Of a stretch of 64,000 nucleotides of DNA, positions 26,505 through 34,330 are shown one piece after another (the stretch's first letter is position 1; each line of letters starts with the position of its first letter). Source of the DNA: Candidatus Brocadiaceae bacterium. Lineage in GTDB: Bacteria; Planctomycetota; Brocadiia; SM23-32. Under the pieces are notes generated by a model that was given only the letters and a program-made list of their open reading frames with translations, had not been told where the DNA came from and ran no database searches. A program made the position numbers and the translations under genes. The stretch spans positions 3,232-67,231 of the forward strand of contig PUMJ01000017.1 in the NCBI GenBank assembly GCA_003551305.1, in the 5' to 3' direction.

Positions 26505-26690
26505 ATGGCCGCAGAGAAGGAGATGTTGATTGTCGGGACGAAGGTGAAGAACTACATCAAGGAAAAGGACCTGATGAGTTCCTCTGACGTGCTGGACGCC
26601 GTGAATGACGCCGTGTATGAGCTGCTGGACCGCGCGGCCGAGCGTGCCAAAGGCAACGGGAGGAAGACCGTCCAGGGCCGGGACGTGTAG
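26505..26690 (+). CDS. Small histone-fold DNA-binding protein (bacterial histone HBb/Bd0055-like, DUF1931)
   Basis: 61 aa: MAAEKEMLIVGTKVKNYIKEKDLMSSSDVLDAVNDAVYELLDRAAERAKGNGRKTVQGRDV. By recollection this resembles Bdellovibrio Bd0055 (VVTSKVKKLIKEKGQM...AKADGRKTV...RDI). Predicted helix - loop - long helix - RKTV loop. Strong promoter, strong RBS, intrinsic terminator and low local GC. Confidence 0.5.
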   Translation: MAAEKEMLIVGTKVKNYIKEKDLMSSSDVLDAVNDAVYELLDRAAERAKGNGRKTVQGRDV

Positions 26691-26729
26691 GCAGCGTTCT
26701 GATATCTGGAAACAGTCCGGCCAGAAAAG

Positions 26730-26761
26730 AAAAGCCCCGCCCGGAAAGGCGGGGCTTTTTC
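26730..26761. terminator. Bidirectional rho-independent terminator (8-bp GC stem, A-tract 5', T-tract 3')
   Basis: AAAAGAAAA GCCCCGCC cggaaa GGCGGGGC TTTTT, between convergent genes ending at 26690 (+) and 26783 (-). Confidence 0.8.
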
Positions 26762-26782
26762 TCCGTACGGGCCGTGGCCGTC

Positions 26783-27901
26783 TCAGTCAAGTTCCTCGAA
26801 GGCCGCTATTGTGCCCTGCCGGTTGGCCACGTAAAATACCGCCCGCTCGGGGTCGCCGGAGACCAGGCAGTCGGCCGGCAGCACGTCTTTCCAAAGTTCC
26901 TCCCCCCGGTCGGCGCTCACGGCGGCTATGCCGTTGTCGTCAGTGCGCAGGTAGAGCCGCTCACGGCCGGCCGTCACCAGTTCTGTAGCCCCCTCATAGC
27001 TCCACAGGACCTCTCGCTCGTCTTCCAGCGACACGCAATAGGCCGCGGGTTTGCTGGTGAAGACGAGCAACCTGTCCTCCACCACACGGGGCCTGCCCAC
27101 GATGGGTGCCCCCAAGGACTTCTGCCACCTCAGGTCGCCGAACTCTGCGCCCAGGGCATATAAGTCGCCGAGGTTATCCCCCACGTAAACGCGGCCCTCA
27201 TGCACGGCTATGCCGCTGTTGAGCCGGGCGGGTCGGCGCGGTTCCCAGCGCCACAGCTCGAGTCCGTCCTCCGCTTGCACACAGATGACCTCTGAGGCCG
27301 AAGCGAAGACCCGGCCCCCCACCATGGTGGGCTGATGCCAGATGGGCCCGCGGATGGAGCTGAGCCAGATCCGGCGGTAATCGGGGCGCGACAGCCGGGT
27401 CAGCAGGCCGTTGCCGGTGGGCACGATGATGGTATCCCTCCAGAGCCGCGGCGGGGCGAACGGCGGGGCTGCCAGCCGATGGCCTTCCCCCACCTGGCCG
27501 GTGGCGGGGTCGAAGGGATAGAGCCGGCTGGCGGAGACGACCAGCATCCGGTCGCCGTCGGCTATGGGGCTGAATTTCAGGCCGCGAGCGAAGACCTGCA
27601 TGTTTTTCCACGTGCCGCGCCGGGCGTCCAGCACGTGCACCTCGCCGGTCGGTGTCTCGGCCACCAGCCAACCGTCCACCGGGTAGAGCGCCTTGAGGCG
27701 GGGCTCGGAGATGCGGCCCAGCTCGGCCACCCACAACGGCTTCAGCCCCTGGTCCTCCAGGTCAAACACCGGGTTGGCCGGGTCGAGCATCGAGCTCTCA
27801 GAAGCGTCGGCAGGCGGGGCGAGGCCGGCACCCAGGGACATCAGCAGGGCAGCGCCCATCAGAAGCAGACACGCGGGCCAACGGCGCGACGCGATCCTCA
27901 T
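26783..27901 (-). CDS. PQQ-like beta-propeller repeat protein (secreted)
   Basis: ATG at 27901; signal peptide ACLLLMGAALLMSLGAGLA; blades EDGLELWRW, FGDLRWQK, DEREVLWSY, DRGEELWKD. Confidence 0.6.
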   Translation of the reverse strand: MRIASRRWPACLLLMGAALLMSLGAGLAPPADASESSMLDPANPVFDLEDQGLKPLWVAELGRISEPRLKALYPVDGWLVAETPTGEVHVLDARRGTWKNMQVFARGLKFSPIADGDRMLVVSASRLYPFDPATGQVGEGHRLAAPPFAPPRLWRDTIIVPTGNGLLTRLSRPDYRRIWLSSIRGPIWHQPTMVGGRVFASASEVICVQAEDGLELWRWEPRRPARLNSGIAVHEGRVYVGDNLGDLYALGAEFGDLRWQKSLGAPIVGRPRVVEDRLLVFTSKPAAYCVSLEDEREVLWSYEGATELVTAGRERLYLRTDDNGIAAVSADRGEELWKDVLPADCLVSGDPERAVFYVANRQGTIAAFEELD

Positions 27902-28104
27902 AACCTGAACCTCCGGAGCGGAACTCGGAATCAGTGGCGATGCCCTCCCACGCGCCACCGACGTCGGGCCGCGCAGAGGACGGATTTTCTTCCCCAGAAC
28001 TGTAACCACTGCTACAGGTTGTGTCAAGGGCAAAAGCGGGTTCGACGCGGCCGGGCGCTACCGCTAAACTGAAAAGAAGGGTCTGGAGGGGAAGAAAACT
28101 CGCC

Positions 28105-28596
28105 ATGGAACGGCCACCGGAGTTCTTCTGCGACGCGATGCTGGGCGGGCTGGCCCGCTGGCTGCGCGCCGCCGGTTACCCGGCCCGCTTCGACGTCCAC
28201 ATCGCCGACGGGGAACTGGTCCGCCGCTGCCTGGAGGAAGGCTACGTCCTGTTGAGCAGTGATTCCGGCCTGCTGGAACGCTACGCCCTGGCCGAGGGGC
28301 TGGTGGAGCACGTCTTTGTGCCCCTGGGGCTGAGGCCGGTCCAGCAGCTTGCCCACGTGATGGGTGAACTGGACCTGCCCCTGCGCCCGGCCCGGTGCAT
28401 GGATTGCGGGGAAGAGCTGCAGGAGGTCTGCCTGCGCCAGGTGCGCCACCGCGTGCCCCCGGGGGTGCAGCGCCGCATGGAGGACTTCTTCCGCTGCGCC
28501 GGCTGCGGCAAAGTCTACTGGCACGGTACCCACTGGGAACGCATCCGCCGGCAGCTTCAGCGCGCCGCCCCGGGGGGCGGAGACGGGCCGGGCTGA
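28105..28596 (+). CDS. Mut7-C RNase-domain protein (PIN-like plus C-terminal zinc ribbon; DUF82 family)
   Basis: ATG at 28105 with GGAGGGGAAG SD. N-terminal FFCDAMLGGLARWLRAAGY and C-terminal CMDCGEEL...CAGCGKVYWHGTHWERI are typical of the Mut7-C family. Confidence 0.6.
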   Translation: MERPPEFFCDAMLGGLARWLRAAGYPARFDVHIADGELVRRCLEEGYVLLSSDSGLLERYALAEGLVEHVFVPLGLRPVQQLAHVMGELDLPLRPARCMDCGEELQEVCLRQVRHRVPPGVQRRMEDFFRCAGCGKVYWHGTHWERIRRQLQRAAPGGGDGPG

Positions 28597-28832
28597 GGCG
28601 GACCTGCGCCGCTTGCGAAAGATGCTTGAGCACCGCCCGAAAGCAGCCCGTAATGGTCGAGAAAGAGGGGTGGCCGGCTGATTCACTTGTGGAAGCGGGC
28701 GCCATGCCCGATAATACCGCTTGACTTGAAAACACTTGTTACCAGCAGGGCCGGGTGAGGCGCCCGGCGCATCGGCGCCCTGAGCCCTCGGGCCGGGCCG
28801 GCGCCCCCCGCGGTTCTGCTGCTTTGTTGCCA

Positions 28833-30212
28833 ATGAAAGACATGGGCGGCGCAGAAAAGTTACCTGAACTCCAGGACCCGGACGGGGAGTCCCTGCCCTC
28901 CGATCCCGCCGAGCTCCGGCGCAGACTGCTTGAGTTGACCCGTCAGTTGCGCAGGGCGCAGGCCCGCATCCAGGCCCTCGAGACCGGCATCAAGGAGTCT
29001 CCGGCCTCTGTGACGCCCCTGGCCCGGGGCTCCGACAACGAAATGCGCCTGCTCTCCGAGCAGCTCGAACGCCAGGCCATGTTGCTGGAACGCGACGAGC
29101 AGGTGGCGCGCGAGCTGCAGCGGAGCCTCCGCCCCGTGATAGACGAGCAACTGGAGGGGATCAGGTTCGCCCTCCAGACCCGCCCGGGCACTCGCGTGGG
29201 CGGCGACTTCTACGATATCATCAACCTTTCGGATAACTTCGTGGCCTTCCTCATCGCCGACGTCTCCGGCTACGGGTTGCCCGCCGCCGTCATCATGGCC
29301 ACCGGCCGGCTCGCCTTCCGCACCTACGCCGCCAACGAACTGCGCCCGCGCACCATTATGGAGAACGTCAACCGGGCCATGCTGCGCAGCACCCTGGCCG
29401 GCCACTACATGACGGCCTTCCTCGGGGTGCTCGACACGGAGCTGCTCACCCTTCAGTACGTCAACGCCTCCCACTGCTGCCCGTTCGTCGTGCGGGACGG
29501 GGAGGCCGTACCCCTCGACACCGAGGGGCTGTTCGTGGGCATGTTCGAGGACCCGCAGTACGAGGAGAAGGGAATGCAGCTGGAGCAGCATGACCGCCTT
29601 TTCCTCTACACCGACGGGGTGCTCAGCAGCTTTAGTGCCGCCGACCGGCGCGAGTCGGAAAAGCGACTGGAGAAGCACCTGATGGAAAACGGCCACCTGC
29701 CCATCGAGAGCCTCGTCGAGCAGCTTGCCGGCATGATGGAGGAACCGGAAGACGACGTGGCCCTGCTGGGGGCCGAGATATTGCTGGAGAAGGCCCAGCG
29801 CAAGACCATCGTCATCTCCAGCCTCCCCAGCGAACTGCCCCACGTCGAGAGCGCTATCCTGCCGGTGCTGGAGAACAAGGGCTACGGCGAACGCAACATC
29901 TTCGCCGTCAAGCTCGCCCTCGAAGAGGCCGTTATCAACGCCATCAAGCACGGCAACGAGCTGGACGACACCAAGAAAGTAGCGGTCAGTTTCTTCGTTG
30001 ACGACGACCGCGCCATGATCTCGGTGGGCGACGAAGGGGAAGGGTTCGACCCCGACGAGGTGCCGGACCCGACGGCCGAGGAGAACCTGCTGGCCTCCTC
30101 CGGCCGGGGGCTCGCCCTCATCCGGGCCTACATGGATGAGATCCGCTTCAACGAAGACGGCACCGAGATAACCATGATAAAACATGCGCCCTGGGCCGCC
30201 GCAAGCCGTTAG
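28833..30212 (+). CDS. Fused PP2C-type (SpoIIE/RsbU-like) phosphatase and RsbW-like HATPase anti-sigma-factor kinase
   Basis: N-terminal coiled-coil; PP2C motifs GGDFYD and ADVSGYG...LLYTDG; C-terminal GHKL ATPase (EAVINAIKHG, GDEGEGFD, GRGLALI). Confidence 0.75.
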   Translation: MKDMGGAEKLPELQDPDGESLPSDPAELRRRLLELTRQLRRAQARIQALETGIKESPASVTPLARGSDNEMRLLSEQLERQAMLLERDEQVARELQRSLRPVIDEQLEGIRFALQTRPGTRVGGDFYDIINLSDNFVAFLIADVSGYGLPAAVIMATGRLAFRTYAANELRPRTIMENVNRAMLRSTLAGHYMTAFLGVLDTELLTLQYVNASHCCPFVVRDGEAVPLDTEGLFVGMFEDPQYEEKGMQLEQHDRLFLYTDGVLSSFSAADRRESEKRLEKHLMENGHLPIESLVEQLAGMMEEPEDDVALLGAEILLEKAQRKTIVISSLPSELPHVESAILPVLENKGYGERNIFAVKLALEEAVINAIKHGNELDDTKKVAVSFFVDDDRAMISVGDEGEGFDPDEVPDPTAEENLLASSGRGLALIRAYMDEIRFNEDGTEITMIKHAPWAAASR

Positions 30213-30247
30213 CCCGGGCTCTGTTGCTCTTCAGTGCGAGTGAAGCC

Positions 30248-30607
30248 ATGCGCGACGACACCGCTACCGGCGGGGCCGCAATCGAGAAAGAGTTCAGGGA
30301 CGATGTCTGCGTCCTGCGTCTTTCCGGTCAGATGCGCGAGATGGGCGCCGACGCCCTGCGCGAGGAACTCGACCAGGTACTCGAGGGCGGCACCTTCAAG
30401 CTCGTCTTCGACATGGGCGAAGTTGACTTCATCAGCTCCACCGGTCTGGGCCAGATGATGCGCGCCTACCGCACCGCCACCGGCAACGACGGCTTCGTCC
30501 GCGTGGTCAACCCCCAGCCCCTCGTCGAAGAGGTGTTCCGGTTCACCAAGCTGCACACCCTCATCGGCATATTCGACACCGTCGAAGAGGCTCTGGCCGC
30601 CGATTGA
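30248..30607 (+). CDS. STAS-domain anti-sigma-factor antagonist (RsbV/SpoIIAA-like)
   Basis: STAS fold with the conserved phosphorylatable Ser/Thr region (DFISSTGLG). ATG at 30248; the TTG at 30224 is an alternative start. Confidence 0.7.
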   Translation: MRDDTATGGAAIEKEFRDDVCVLRLSGQMREMGADALREELDQVLEGGTFKLVFDMGEVDFISSTGLGQMMRAYRTATGNDGFVRVVNPQPLVEEVFRFTKLHTLIGIFDTVEEALAAD

Positions 30608-30740
30608 CCGGCTGCGAAGGCAGGCTCCGCGCCGCCACCGCCCTCCCCGGGTACATCTCGCCTGTCCGCCGGCCCCGATGCCTGCCCTGCGCAGACCCAT
30701 CTGAAGACGACCGCCCGTGACGCGGCGCATCTGGCGCCAG

Positions 30741-32351
30741 TCACGTGACTTCGAACGATGCGATCTCGTCGAAAGACAAATCGTGCCGTTTCAGGTACTT
30801 GCGAAGCCGGTCGGCGTCATTCGTCGAGCTCTTCTCGCGGCGGGAGACGGCGAACAGTGTGCGCCCCGCCTCCGACAGGCTGGAGGATGAGCGGCAGACG
30901 CGGATGACCTCGGCAAGCTGCACCCGGTCGAACAGGTCCATCTCCTCGACCCGCTGCTCGCCGATGAGGGCGACGAGCTGATCGAACCGCGGTCCCTGGT
31001 TGCTGTGGTCCTTCCAGGATTCGCGCAGCCTCTCGATTTCTTTCGCCACGTTGCTTGCCGTGATCAGGCCCTCAACGGCCAGAGTGGCCATGCGGACCAC
31101 GGCGCCGTTCAGGTCTCGAAAGTTAGCCCGCCAGGCCGCCCCCGGTGAGATCGCAAAGTCCAGGAACCTCTCTCGGGCCCCCGGCTCAAACCTGACCCGC
31201 TCGCCGGTCCTCTCGGCGAAGGCTTCAAGCTCGTAGGCGAGGTTCGGCTCGATATCTTCCGGCCGCTCTCGCAGGCCGGGGAGTCGAAAAGTCCACAACC
31301 CGATGCGGGCGAGCAGGTCTTCACGGAACTGCCCGTCCCGCACCCGTGCCGGCAGGTCCCGGTGGGTTGCACAGATCAGGTGGAAGTCGCTCTCCACTTC
31401 ATGGTCCGCGCCGAGGGGCAGGAAGCGTTTCTCTTCCAGGGCGCGCAGAAGCATGGCCTGCTCGTCGGGCCCCAGGTCGGCCACTTCGTCCAGAAAGAGC
31501 AGGCCCCCGTCGGCCGCGCGCAGCAGGCCGTCGCGGTCCCGGGCGGCCCCCGTATAAGCACCCTTCACGTGTCCGAAGAGCGCGGACTGCGCAGCGTCAC
31601 CTCGCAGAGTTGAGCAGTTTACCTCCACCAGCGGGCCGCTAAGGTGGCCGTGCTTTCTTTTCAGCTCGTAGATCCGCCGGGCCAGAAGCGTCTTGCCCGC
31701 GCCCGTGGGCCCCAGCAGCACGATGGGGGCGCTCGAGCGCACACAGACCCGCTCGATGCCCTCGATGAGCCGGTTGAAGTCCGCGTTCCGGGTCTCGATC
31801 CCCGCTTTCAGGAAGGCCAGGTCTTCCCTGGTCTTGCGGCGAATGCGGCTCGAGATCGCCTCATAGCGCGCCTGCTCCAGGTCAATGCATCGGAAACTCC
31901 CGGCCGGCCCTTGCCCCGATGAAGGCGGAATCGTCTGAAGCAGGCGGGCCGGCATGAACCTCGAGGCGCAAAGGGTGAAAAGACAGCTCTGGATAACGTG
32001 GGTGCCGGTCGTGATGTGAACGAGGTAGTCCTCGTTCTCCAGGTCGAACGGGTATTCCTCGGCAAACTCCAACAGGGCTGCGTAGACCACGGCGAAGTCC
32101 CACGGATCGCTCAAGTCGACCGTCACCTTCCGCACGCACGTGCCGGGTGAGACCCGCTCGATATCCCGGGCGATCCGGTCAGCCAGGTCACCAAACCGTG
32201 GTTCGTGGAGGAGTTCCAGGCGTTTCAGCGGCAGCGCATCGTGCCGACAGGCACTGACGGTCGGCCGCCATACCCCCCAGCGGTCGGGGCCCGAGTGCGC
32301 GTCGAGAGTCGTGCCGAGGAAGCCGATCAGCACCGTGGAGGGCCGCCGCAT
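30741..32351 (-). CDS. rtcR: Sigma54-dependent transcriptional activator RtcR (N-terminal CARF domain, AAA+ sigma54-interaction domain)
   Basis: N-terminus VLIGFLGTTLDAHSGPDRWGVWRPTVSACRHDALPLKRLELLH...ITTGTHVIQSCLFTL...PARLLQTIPP matches, by recollection, E. coli RtcR (FGFVGTVLD...RWSKWRPT...ITTGTHVAQICWFLL...PARLIQSSPP). Walker A GPTGAGKT and the GAFTGA-region analogue HVKGAYTGA. ATG at 32351. Confidence 0.8.
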   Translation of the reverse strand: MRRPSTVLIGFLGTTLDAHSGPDRWGVWRPTVSACRHDALPLKRLELLHEPRFGDLADRIARDIERVSPGTCVRKVTVDLSDPWDFAVVYAALLEFAEEYPFDLENEDYLVHITTGTHVIQSCLFTLCASRFMPARLLQTIPPSSGQGPAGSFRCIDLEQARYEAISSRIRRKTREDLAFLKAGIETRNADFNRLIEGIERVCVRSSAPIVLLGPTGAGKTLLARRIYELKRKHGHLSGPLVEVNCSTLRGDAAQSALFGHVKGAYTGAARDRDGLLRAADGGLLFLDEVADLGPDEQAMLLRALEEKRFLPLGADHEVESDFHLICATHRDLPARVRDGQFREDLLARIGLWTFRLPGLRERPEDIEPNLAYELEAFAERTGERVRFEPGARERFLDFAISPGAAWRANFRDLNGAVVRMATLAVEGLITASNVAKEIERLRESWKDHSNQGPRFDQLVALIGEQRVEEMDLFDRVQLAEVIRVCRSSSSLSEAGRTLFAVSRREKSSTNDADRLRKYLKRHDLSFDEIASFEVT

Positions 32352-32425
32352 TTATATCTCCATATAGATATTTATAGGAGCATATAATAGCAGCGCCCCC
32401 CGGTTCTGTCAAGGCTCCAGGCGAA

Positions 32426-32442
32426 CTGGGAGTCCGCTTGCT
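32426..32442 (+). promoter_or_regulatory. Candidate sigma54 (-24/-12) promoter directed toward rsr
   Basis: cTGGgagtccgcTTGCtg: TGG, 8 nt, TTGC matches TGGCACG-N4-TTGC spacing. Lies between rtcR (activator) and rsr, about 180 nt upstream of the rsr start. Confidence 0.4.
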
Positions 32443-32621
32443 GTATGTGACTTCTTTGTAACATGTTACGAGCGCCGTGTTCGCCGCCGTGAACTGGCGG
32501 CACAGTCATTGCGATAACGCCAGACGCGCCAGTTGGCGCGATGGCTGCCGGAAACGGAGCCGCACCGGAGGGTCCGGCCCGGCAGAACAGAAGGATGTCT
32601 CCTGGTGTGAGGTGGACCACA

Positions 32622-34181
32622 ATGGCGAACCCGGCGCTCTTCCAGACGGCTCGGCCCTCTCCCGCCGCTGATCTTGGGAGCAATGAGGCCGGAGGGATGG
32701 CCTGGCGCCTGCCGCCAAAGCAGGCCCTGGCTCAGCTCGCCGCCACGGGATGTATGAACACGAGCTACTACGCGGACGCGGCCGTACAGTTGCAACAGAC
32801 CCTGGCTCTGGCCTACATGGTCGAGCCGGAATACGTCGCGCGCACAGCGGTCTACTGCCACGAGCGGGGCGGCATGAAGGACATGCCCGCGCTTCTGTGC
32901 GCCGTTCTCTCGGTGCGCTCGGGCGCATTGCTGGAGCGTGTATTCCCGCGGGTGGTTGACAGCACCCGGATGCTGCGCACTTTTGTGCAGATCATGCGCT
33001 CGGGGGTGGTCGGCAGAAGGTCGCTGGGCCGGTTGCCCAAGCGCCTCATACGGCAGTGGCTGAGGTCGCGCGACGACGCGTCGCTTTTTCGGGGTTCGGT
33101 GGGCAATTCCCCGTCGCTGGCCGACATCGTGAAGATGGTCCATCCCCGTCCCCACACCCCGAGTCGGGAAGCCCTGTACGGGTATCTTATTGACCGGCCG
33201 GTTGACGACACCGCGCTGCCGGAAATCGTGAAGAGCTACGAGACCTGGAAGGAGAGCCCGAACAAGGAGATTCCAGACGTACCCTTCCAGATGCTGGCGT
33301 CGATGGAAGCCGGCCGGCGGGTGTGGGCGTCCGTGGCGCGGAATGCCCCCTGGCAGACACTGCGGATGAACCTCAACACATTTGCCCGGCACGGCGTCTT
33401 CAAGGTCTGGGGGATGACAGACCTGGTGGCTCGACGGCTCCGCGACCCGGAGAGCTTGCGCCGGGCTCGTCCTTTTCCTTACCAGTCCATGATCGCCCGC
33501 CTGGAAGCCGCTAAGGGTGTGCCGCGGAGAGTCCTCAAGGCGCTGGAGGATGTTCTGGAAGCTTCCCTGAGCGGTGTTCCGCGCCTGGGAAGGCGTGTGC
33601 GTGTCTGCGTTGACGTCTCGTCGTCAATGTCCAGCTCTCTTACGGGCTTTCGCCGCGGCGCCACCTCAAAGGTGCGGTGCGTGGACGTGGCGGCGCTTCT
33701 CGCCGCGGCGATCCTGCGCCGCAACCCTGAGGCGGAGATCATGCCGTTCAACCATATGGTGATTCGCCTTGCCTGTGATCCGCGCAGGCGCATCCTGGAC
33801 AACGCCGCCCGAATGGCACGTTTCTGCGAAGGGGGCACCGGTTGCAGCCTCCCCCTGGCGGTGCTCAACCAGAGAGCAGCCATGGCTGACATGGTGATCT
33901 ACCTCTCCGACAACCAATCCTGGATGGACGATCCGTGGCAGCCGGGCAAAAGAAACACCAGGCTGATGTGTGAGTGGGATTACTTCCGCCATCGGAATCC
34001 GGATGCGAAGCTGGTGCTGATAGACCTTCAGCCGTATATGACGGTGCAGGCGCCCGATCGAGCCGACATACTGAACGTGGCCGGGTTCTCTGACCAGGTG
34101 TTCGAGCTTCTCCGCCTGTTCGCGGAGGACCGGCTTGACCCCCAGCACTGGGTGGGAGTGATAGAGGCAGTGCAGCTTTAG
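32622..34181 (+). CDS. rsr: Ro60-related protein Rsr (TROVE domain plus C-terminal vWA/MIDAS)
   Basis: Divergent from rtcR. N-terminal ALAQLAATGCMNTSYYADAAVQLQ resembles the Ro60 N-terminus by recollection; C-terminal vWA with DVSSSMSSS (MIDAS DxSxS). ATG at 32622 preceded by GAGGTGG; in-frame ATGs at 32541 and 32595 are alternatives. Confidence 0.7.
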   Translation: MANPALFQTARPSPAADLGSNEAGGMAWRLPPKQALAQLAATGCMNTSYYADAAVQLQQTLALAYMVEPEYVARTAVYCHERGGMKDMPALLCAVLSVRSGALLERVFPRVVDSTRMLRTFVQIMRSGVVGRRSLGRLPKRLIRQWLRSRDDASLFRGSVGNSPSLADIVKMVHPRPHTPSREALYGYLIDRPVDDTALPEIVKSYETWKESPNKEIPDVPFQMLASMEAGRRVWASVARNAPWQTLRMNLNTFARHGVFKVWGMTDLVARRLRDPESLRRARPFPYQSMIARLEAAKGVPRRVLKALEDVLEASLSGVPRLGRRVRVCVDVSSSMSSSLTGFRRGATSKVRCVDVAALLAAAILRRNPEAEIMPFNHMVIRLACDPRRRILDNAARMARFCEGGTGCSLPLAVLNQRAAMADMVIYLSDNQSWMDDPWQPGKRNTRLMCEWDYFRHRNPDAKLVLIDLQPYMTVQAPDRADILNVAGFSDQVFELLRLFAEDRLDPQHWVGVIEAVQL

Positions 34182-34330
34182 GAGCAACGGGCGGAATGCC
34201 GCCGAGACTACATGGGAGACGTCCCGGCACCCCTTGTCCGCCCGTCCTCCTTTCCTTCTCACCCTCCCGGTAAGCCGAAGGGCCCTTTGTCGGTCCGCAA
34301 GCTCCCGCCCGCTGCGGCAGGATTCGCCGC

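Noticed and set aside
30224-30247. TTG start for the STAS gene
   Set aside because: The downstream ATG at 30248 gives a typical ~119-aa STAS protein. The TTG extension adds only 8 residues and has no better RBS. The choice is low-impact.
34182-34330. Calling a Y RNA in the rsr 3' flank on the basis of the UCGGUCCGC motif
   Set aside because: I could not find the complementary strand of a Ro-binding helix (GACC/GGACC partner) on either strand within the flank. Left as a hypothesis in the findings rather than a feature.
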